Assembly (NCBI RefSeq): GCF_018350175.1
Contig: NC_058383.1
Location: 16,866,001 to 16,930,000, forward strand
Direction: 5' to 3'
Origin: Felis catus
Lineage: Eukaryota
Length of the DNA: 64,000 nucleotides
Every line of letters begins with the position of its first letter. Position 1 is the stretch's first letter. Shown here in pieces: positions 50,101-64,000 of this stretch. The notes beneath the pieces are model-generated. The model was not told the DNA's origin and did not search any database. It saw only the letters and a list, made by a program, of their open reading frames with translations. The position numbers and the translations under genes were made by a program.

Positions 50101-53100
50101 GACACCCCTAAGGCTGAATTCAACAGGTATTGGATCCCCCCAAGCCCCTGTGCTAAGTGCTTATGTGCATTGTACTGTTTAATTCTCACACAACCCCATG
50201 AGGCAGATACTATTATTATCTCTGTTTTACAGAAGAGGAAAGTGAGGCCCAGGTTAGAAGTGTGACACAGTTTTCTTTGACAGTGAAGCAATTTAGAAAT
50301 CTCTGTTCTGTCCAGTACTACTTTCTGTCCTTCTCTTAAATTGTTTTGCTCAGTTTCTAAATAGAAAATTTTTAAATTTAAAACTAACTCCTTTCAATAA
50401 TATTAACACAACTAAAAATACTAACACGAGCTAATATTTATTAAGCACTAACCATGTGCCAAGTATGTCATTTATATGAATTCATTAAATACTTACGGTG
50501 GCCTCATACAGGAGGTACTCAGTGGCTTCTAAAGAGGAAATAAGCCAGAGGTTCAGTGACCCTGGGTACCTTTGGGCACATCCCTTCTCTCAGGAAATGG
50601 TTGAACCAATTCTTCCCTGCTGTCTCTTCCATAGGTTGTTAGGAAGAGAGAAATAAGTATAACCCGTGTTCTGCACTTTAGGATCTCCCAGCTTCATGTC
50701 TGCTGTCTCTCACCTGCTCTCTTTCTAACCCCCAGCTCTCCCCATGTCCCCAAGCTGTATTTTCCAAGTCCCAGGGCTTCCTCAGTCTGCAGAGGCAGGA
50801 ACACATCTCAGGGGCAACTCAGGACATGTGCTCAGCCCTGTAGCAGGCCCCTGCTTTCTGCTGATGTTGCTTTATTGCCACTTGATGTGGCCACTGGAAA
50901 TGACTGTTCCCACCTGATGGAGAAGAGGTCTTCCTGCTCCTGTGCAACCAAGGTCTCATCTCTTATTTACCATGACAACCACTGCCTTATTTCCACAGCC
51001 TGCCCCCTTGCCAGGAGACCTGAGTAAGAAGAGCTCTCCCAGCTTCAAGACCAACTCTCCCTTGGACCCCACTAGTCAGGGCCACCAAACCAGACTCTTC
51101 CTCCCTCATGATGACTGAAGGGCAGATGTTTGTCACCCTTGGGTGAGCTCAGTCAGACTATCTCAAGCCAGCAGAGGGTTCTAGTAACATTGATTCTCAA
51201 GAGAAGAGGTTTGGATCTTGAGCCTTCCTGGATGGTTCCTTGACCCTTTTGCAGATGTGCCTCCCAGTTTTTGCATACCAAAGGTCTGAGGGGGATCAGT
51301 CTTTTTAAGCCACCAAATAAAAGTACTTCCCTATTCTGTGGACATTCAGTTGCCTAAGCGTAGGACTACTCTGGTGACTCTTGCAAAACAAAGAAGACAT
51401 GTTCCAAGGATATTGTATGTACCTGGACAGAGAAGCATCTCGTATCTTAAATGACAACCCACTCAACAAAAACATTAAAAACTTACTAAGGCACCCTCAT
51501 CAGTGTAGGGAGCCCTGGGATGTTCTGGAGCAGGGAGGAATGTGATGAAAGGCACTCAAGGATATGCAGCCTGGCCTGGAAGGAAGACCTCTAATTTCCA
51601 ACCCCTCTGCCTTTTTCTAGGAGACACTGGTAAACCTGGCAGGGCTCCTGGTCAGTCTCTTGATGCTTCCCCTCGTGTCAGATTGCCCTGGGTAAGCCGG
51701 GATCAAGGGCAGGGAAGAGGTGCCCAGCTGGATCTCTGCCCCTGTTGACCACCTCACTCTCTCACCCCAGCTTCAGCCTTGGTTGTTTCTTCTTCCTCAC
51801 TGCCCTTCACATCTACGCCAATTACCGGGCAGTCCGAGCCCTTGTCATAGAGACCTTGAATGAAGGCCGACTCCGGCTGGTCCTGAAGCACTTCCTTCAG
51901 AGGGGAGAGGTACTTGGCCCCACTTCAGCTAATCAGATGGAGCCACTGTGGACAGGTGATCCACCCGCTTAGTCTCAAGTACTGTCTCCCAGTCTCTCCC
52001 CCTGTCTGGGCATCCTGACTCCTGACATCCAGCTTCCCACAGGTTTTTGGCCATCTCAGTCTCTATCCCTGGGGGTCCCCCTACACCGCTTGACCTCCAG
52101 GTAAGTGGCTCAGTGTCTCCCACCCATCAGTACTGCCCTCCCACCCTCCCCGCAATGCTCTTTATTACAGTTACACTCTGGCCTCCCCTGATTGGGCCTC
52201 ACCTCTCTATTCTAGTTTCTTTATTTCTACTGAGTAGACTTGGGGTCAGCATGGATGCTTGAGGGGAGCAGGGTTGTAACAGCAAATACAAGGGATATAT
52301 TTGTTAGATGCAGGAAGAAAAAGATAGATATGGGGTACGTGGGTAACGGCTGAGAGATGGGAAGTAGGTGAAGGACAGATGAGGTAAGGACAGTTCAGTT
52401 GACTGGATGGTTACTCCTGCTTTTCTTTTTCCTCCTCCCACCCTTCACTCTCTTCTTTCCCTCAGTGTTTTTGACCTGCAACAGCTGGTTGAGGGACACC
52501 AAGAGCCCTACCTCCTTCGCTGGGACCTGTCACAAAGTAAGTGTGCCGTGCTCTTCCAGAATTAGATTCACCCTTCTGAGGTCAACTTCTCATTCCACCA
52601 GCTCCAGAGCCTCAAGCCGTGAACAGTTTAGAGGCTGCCTGGTATCCTGGAGGGAGCTCTAGACTAAAACTTAGTGAATTCAAACTATAGCTGCAAGCCT
52701 CAATGAAATGCACTTTGTCCCTGTGTACTTGCCTTACTTGCCTGTGTGTTTTTATGAGAAAGGCAATTAAGTAAAGCACTTTGTAGATTGCAGCATACTC
52801 AAATAAGATTATGACCTTTGGTTACCCCTGGAGAACTATTCTCTCCCATCCGGAGTCACCTATTGAGGAAACAAGTATTGGAGTTTACTGGTCAGCTGGT
52901 TGTGTGCTAAAAGATGCTTCTACTTGTTGGACATGCAAAATAAACCCACCTCGTGAGCTGCTATAAAGTTGTATTTGGAAATTGGGCATTTCAGTTTGGC
53001 CAGACATTGGGAACAACAGGAGAGAAGTTGGAAGAGAAAAGGGTGAAAGATAGCCTCCATCCATGCAGGCCAAGGCCTCAGGGCAGACAAGGATGAAGTA

Positions 53101-54091
53101 AGGTGGTTAGTTTGAGAATGTTTTGGGAGGTGGCCCTTCCCTAGCACCAGTCTGTCTTGGGTTTCTCCAGACCAGGTGCAAGTCGTTTTGAGCCAGATGG
53201 CAGGCCCTGAAACCATCCTAAGGGCTGCTACACACGGGCTGGTGCTTGAAGCCCTGCAGGGAGATGGGCCCCTCCCAAGAGGGCTGGAGGAACTGAGGAA
53301 CCAAGTACGGGCAGGTAAGCACCTCACAGTGTAGACTGTTGATGGCTCAAAGAGGCATAGAGAGAGGAAGGACTCTTCCACTTGGGGACCTGAGAACTTC
53401 TGGGTCTGCACCCCCCTCCAGGTCCTGAGAAAGACAACTGGGTCATCGTCAGGGACACACACCAAGTGTTGGACAAGCTATTCCCAAAGTTCTTGAAAGG
53501 TAACATTTTTAAGCCCCATGGCTCCTTGGCTTTTGAGGCCTCCTCCCCAGAGGCTCTGCCTAACGCTATCCCCACACCTCTAGCTTTGAGGTGGAGGACC
53601 TGGATTCTCTCTGTGATCTTAAGTCTGGACCTCATTTCCCCGTCAATAGGATAGGGAGGTAGAATGGTCCCAGAGGCTGTGTCATGTTAGCAATTTGTGT
53701 AATCCCAATTGGCATTGAAGAACTGGGGGGAGGCTCACAAATGATGATGATCTTTCATTTAGCACCTACTCCATTCCAGCATTTTTCCATATACTAACTC
53801 AGTGACTTCATGCTGCAGCCAGATGAGGTTTTAGCCCCGTTTTGTGCCAGAAACTACCCCGCAGAGGCTGGTAGAGCCTGGGCAGTGCACAGAGCATGTA
53901 CCTGGCTTGTGCCACTCCTTACCACTCTCCCCCGGGTCAGCCTGGAGTCTTCTCTCCAGCAGTCCCAGCAGCACCCTTATGACCTCTCCCCAGGACTGCA
54001 GGATGCAGGCTGGAAGACTGAGAAGCACCAGCTAGAGGTGGATGAGTGGAGAGCCACATGGCTTCTGTCTCCAGAAAAGAAGGTCTTGTGA
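40792..54091 (+). CDS. RUSF1: RUS family member 1 (C16orf58, DUF647 protein), 468 aa
   Basis: 13 GT-AG coding exons: 40792-41091, 41310-41424, 45239-45284, 46906-46938, 47028-47133, 49559-49660, 51621-51691, 51771-51955, 52043-52100, 52466-52536, 53171-53314, 53422-53499, 53994-54091 (1407 nt, phases consistent). Motifs FLPQGFPDSVSPDYLPYQLWDSVQ, NNMADVSAKDSSQETL and C-terminal DEWRATWLLSPEKKVL. Confidence 0.97.
44110..44314. mobile_element. hAT-Charlie MITE (MER58A-like)
   Basis: TIR-like ends TAGGGGTTGGCAAAC ... AGTTAACTGATCCTTG; 8-bp TSD GTGTAAAT 44102-44109 / GTCTAAAT 44315-44322; internal GTTCCAATAAAACTTTATTT. Confidence 0.75.
47503..47680 (-). mobile_element. CAN-SINE in RUSF1 intron 5
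   Basis: Reverse SINE body ending CCTAGCGCCCC; poly-T tail. Confidence 0.88.
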
Positions 54092-54170
54092 GGTGGAGGC
54101 CCACCCAGGTCTCAGGACAGGAGCCTGAAGCAAGCACACTTTGGCCACAGCACAATGTGGGAACAGCAGC

Positions 54171-54176
54171 TTTATT
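54171..54176 (-). terminator. SLC5A2: SLC5A2 polyadenylation signal
   Basis: TTTATT about 225 nt after the SLC5A2 stop and 80 nt from the RUSF1 stop. Confidence 0.8.
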
Positions 54177-54399
54177 TTTGCTTAGGGGAACTGCTGTGGC
54201 AGTTTGGCCAAGGCCTCATGGGCTATGACTGCCAGTCAGGTAGACTGGGCCCCTGGCAGTGGAGAGAAAGGGAACCAGGGCCTTCCCCCTCCCTCTCCCT
54301 GCCCTACTCCCTTCTCACCACTGCAGGCTCCCCACTCCCATTCATTGTGAAACTGAGCCCTGCCCTGGCAGTGGCTCATGGTGTCCAACACGGTTGGCC

Positions 54400-60296
<5,897 letters not shown>

Positions 60297-60350
60297 TCTG
60301 CCTAGGATCTGTCCCTCTAGGGACCAGCCCCTGGATTTCCCCAGGAGAGG

Positions 60351-60437
60351 GATTAATGGTTACCTCAGGAGCAGTGAGCCGACAACTCCCCCAGGTCTTT
60401 TCTCCCCTCCCCAGCTTCATTTAGCTGAGTCAGGTCA
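60351..60437 (-). promoter_or_regulatory. SLC5A2: SLC5A2 proximal promoter with HNF1 site
   Basis: GATTAATGGTTAC 60351-60363 fits the HNF1 consensus GTTAATnATTAAC (HNF1A is an established SGLT2 regulator); GCTGAGTCAGGTCA at 60424-60437. Confidence 0.65.
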
Positions 60438-61282
60438 CATCAAGGCCGAAAGCTCATCTAGTGGAGTTGGTCACTTTCAAGTTCAGGAGCACTCTTTCCT
60501 GGGCCTTAGCTCCCATCCCTGCCCCAGTGCCCCAGACTCAAAATCTCTCCTTTCATCCCCTAAAATTGCTCACCCTTCAGCCTTGATCTAGGGAGTAGGG
60601 CTGAGCCAATCTCCTGATTCTGACTAATCCAGAGGGATCACTTTCAAACCCAAATCTGACAGTGTCACTCCCCTGCTTAGAAACCCTTCCCAGTTCCCCA
60701 TCATACTAGGAAGGAAGTAGGAACTCTTTAGCCTGATGTTCAAGGCCTGCCACACCCTGACTCCTGCCCACCCCTCCCCTTGGTCCTCTATACCAAACAT
60801 AGAGTGAAATCATATTTCCCTCCACCTCTCTTGCCCTGCCCAGCCCATGTATTTTCACACACCCAAACTTTTGCCTAAGCTGTGCTTTTGCTTAGAGTGC
60901 CTTCTTGCCTCCCAAATGGCTCACTCCTAACTCTCAAGTGGTAGCCTTCAGTACCCAGCCCATGTCAACTCTTCAGGAAAGAATTCTCTGACTTTTCTGA
61001 TACAGTTCTGAGCACATTGTGTTGTCCTCATATGGGTCCAGGTCTGTCTTCCCAGCAGACTAGAGACTACTCACAAGCAGGAAATGATCAGATTCATCCC
61101 TAGAGTCCCATTGCTCAGCACAGGGCTGACTATAAGAAGGGAGGATGTTGATAAATATCAGTATCTCTACCTTTCTAGAAGAATTGACCAGATTTGGATG
61201 TCTGATTATGACAGTTGGGTTCATGCCTGAGATAGAGAACAGAAAACAATATTTTAGGGGGATATGAGTTATATTTAAGGAA

Positions 61283-61728
61283 TGCTTTAGTTTAGGTGCC
61301 TTCAAAAGCAGACCCTAAGATGAGAATTTAGGGCAAGGGTTTTCCTGAGGAGGTGACACCAGGAAGGACTATGAAGGAGTAGGGAAGTGAGACAAAGAAA
61401 AAGAAAAACCAATAAAGAGAATGATGACTAAAAGGCTACCACTGTGAACAATCCCAATGAGGACTCTTTGAGATACTGTGGAGAACACACCTCAGAACTG
61501 ACCCCTCAGAGCCAGGGAGCTAGAGTATTTATCAATTCCTGTCTCTAAGTTTACAGAACCTCCCCCCCCCCCCTACTTCAGGCCTGCTGGGTGCAGGAGC
61601 ACACTTGTTATCCCAGAGAGCACCCTCAGAGAGAAACTCAGGGAGCAGCTGGGGAGACTAGGTGTCTGGGAACTGTGTACATAGTGGTCCAAGTGGATAT
61701 GGGCAGGGCATCCACAGTGTCTGCCTCA
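61283..61728. mobile_element. Ancient MaLR (MLT1-type) LTR
   Basis: TGCTTTAGTTTAGG..AAAAGCAGACCCTAAGATGAG start and GGATATGGGCAGGGCA..CAGTGTCTGCCTCA end, recognised from recall. Confidence 0.5.
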
Positions 61729-64000
61729 AGGGGTGATGAATTTGAAGTGCCTGAGAGAAATCCAGGTGCAAGTGTTGGGCATATTGGGATTATAGGCACT
61801 TAAAATCTATCTGCTGTCCTGTGGCCCACAAGACCCTTCATGATATGGTTCCTATTTCCTATTTGATCTCACCTTCTACTACTCTCCCCCTTCCTCTCTC
61901 TAATCCAGCCATATGGCCTTCTTTCCTTTCTTTCAATATGCCAAACTCTTTCCTACCTCCTGGTCTTACTGTTTCCTCTGCTGTAAATGCTCTCCTTAAG
62001 CTCTTTGCCTGACCGTTTTCTTTTGTCAACCTTCCAAGTCTCAACTTACACATTACATATTCACAGGGACTGACTATCTGGTTAAAGTAATCCCTTCCCC
62101 AACTTAGTTCTGTTTTTTCCCCCTTTTCACCTTCCCTCCTTTCCTTTCTTCCTCATTCTTTCCTTCATTAACAAACATTTATTAAGCACCTACCACATGC
62201 TAGATAGCATTCTAGAAACTGGAGAGACAAGAGTAAGCAAAACAAATGTGTAATCTGACAGATAGCTCTCAGGAGCTTGTATTCAAGTTTCAGAAACAGA
62301 CATAAACAAGCAACAAATAAACACCTATTTGCATTAGATAAGCGCTATGAGGGACTAGGGAGGTGCTGCGGATGGAAACAAGGGGGAAGAGTGAACTTCA
62401 CTTAAACCATCAGGAAAGTCTCCATTAGTTCATTACACATGTCACTTGTGTACTTGTTTGTCATCTGTCTCCTCTACTAGACTTCAGCTCCAAGAGGTCA
62501 AGAAGCATGTTTGCTTGGTTCCCTATGGTCTCCTTGCACTTGGTATAGAACCTGCCACAGTACGTACTCAAAGAACACTTGATGAATGAATGAATTGAGA
62601 CAAGAGCTGGCCAATTTGAGCATTCTCAAGACAGAGAGGTAGTTAGCATCCAGGAAATAGACAGCATTCCCCAGGGAGAATATATGGAAGGAGAAGAGCA
62701 GGAGGCCTGGGAAGACCTAGGAAAGGATATGGGGGTGGTGAGCTCGAAGCAAGGACAGAGAACATCTCACCTTTGTCTCTTACCCACACATGCTCTCCTT
62801 GGCTACCAGGTCTTCCTTAAGTAGGAAGGACCTCTGAGAATCAATCCATCATTTTCAGCCTCAAAGGCTATTGTTTAGATCTAGATTTACAGTTTAGATC
62901 CAGGAATCCAGGCCCCCTCACTAGGGAATTGCAGAGTTCAAAGTGAAGGTTCAGGGGCTCAGAAAGGGATTTGGGGAATCAGAGCCTAAACTCCACACCT
63001 AAAAATCCCTGGCCCCACCCCTTTCTGCTATGGCTTAGCTCCTTGACCCCTGATCTGAGTTAAAAACCTTCTTCTGGCTCCTACAGCCCCTAGTGCTTCC
63101 TTCAGTCACTGTCCTGACCATCCCACATGTCATTCTCTGCCTAGGGGAGATGTAATGAGTCAATATAAATAAGAGGGAAGCTGTGCCTTAGTGCCCAGAT
63201 CCAAAGGGTGGGCATAAACTGGCACTTCTGGATGGAACCCCTCTCTGAGGGTCTTAAAAATCTGGAAATTAGACAAGGTGGTGAGGGTGGAGACAGATTA
63301 ATTGCTTATTTCAAGAATACATGGAGCTAAAGAAGGGGGGAATGAGGGTGGGAAGGTTCCACGGGGCCCAGCTTGAGCTCCTGTCCTGCCTTGCCACTAT
63401 CTGTACAATCCTGCGCAGGCTCATTTGATATGTGAAGGACAGCATGCAACGGCTGAGGCTGTAGGTCCACTGCGGCCACAGGGTGATGACCTAGAACCTG
63501 CTGCAGCCAGAGACACCAGAGGCAGGGCTTCACCATGCAAGGCTTCCCCACTTTGCGCCCCCACCCCAGGGCAGTCAGAGACACAGCACCAGTGTGATGT
63601 GGAACATGTTTTTATGCAGGTAGAAAAAAAAGTGCTCAGAATAGTGAGGGAGCAGGGAGCAGGGATGTCTTGTCCTGTCCTCTGATTATTAGGAATTGCC
63701 CCATAAGGGGGCTCCCTCAAGGTTGGGGATAAAGTGAAGAATTCACGCAGCGTGGCTCTACTTGTGAGACCCACTTTGGGGCAGTGTGGCTTTGAAACTG
63801 GCCAGATCTTTTCTGAATTGACCACAGAGAACTTAAGAGTACAGCACCTTGGGGGTGGGGGGTCTCTCTAGTGGGTGGGGCCTCACAGGATGGGGTGGGG
63901 AGAGCCCCAAGCTCAAAGAGCAAGGCCTTTGGGTCAGGAGAGCACGTCTTTTGGGGAAGAGTGGGGGTCTCTGGGGCCTTGGTCTCCTGGGTGGGGGCAT

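Noticed and set aside
52920..53465. 181-aa minus-strand ORF and similar antisense ORFs over RUSF1/SLC5A2
   Set aside because: Shadows of GC-rich coding exons on the opposite strand; no recognisable homology.
53951..53993. Cluster of upstream CAG acceptors before the RUSF1 last exon
   Set aside because: All are out of frame and lead to a quick stop; no evidence of use.
62900..64000. TGFB1I1 3' end or a kidney enhancer (HNF4-like AGTTCAAAGTGA, AP-1 site)
   Set aside because: No LIM-domain coding sequence is visible (the gene is expected beyond the window), and isolated short motifs are not enough to call an enhancer.

Overview
Mammalian genomic DNA from a felid (cat-type CAN-SINEs, carnivore L1s, ERV1-type LTRs), syntenic with human 16p11.2. 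The right half holds three intact genes whose exons I resolved to the base: AHSP (minus, 92 aa), RUSF1/C16orf58 (plus, 13 coding exons, 468 aa) and SLC5A2/SGLT2 (minus, 14 exons, 673 aa). The 3' ends of RUSF1 and SLC5A2 overlap by about 1.3 kb. The left half is accessory. It carries an intron-containing RALGDS-like pseudogene (5 exons reconstructed; REM domain plus Pro/Ala/Glu-rich linker) split by a 9-kb full-length L1. That L1 has nested insertions, including a probable ~1-kb 3' transduction. Further right are a rearranged L1 and a ~2.2-kb (net) degenerate TCAGGG/TTAGGG-like hexamer array; seven solo LTRs lie in and just beyond it, with a young L1 and SINEs. Other notable signals are a 1-nt frameshift that removes the AHSP proline-rich tail, a perfect 25-bp-arm hairpin beside a (TG)n tract, and a stronger competing poison donor after RUSF1 exon 5. 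I cannot demonstrate a wholly new biological system. The telomere-variant array with its LTR cluster and the truncated RALGDS-like duplicon are the best candidates. Repeat subfamily names and orthologue comparisons are from recall, not from searches.
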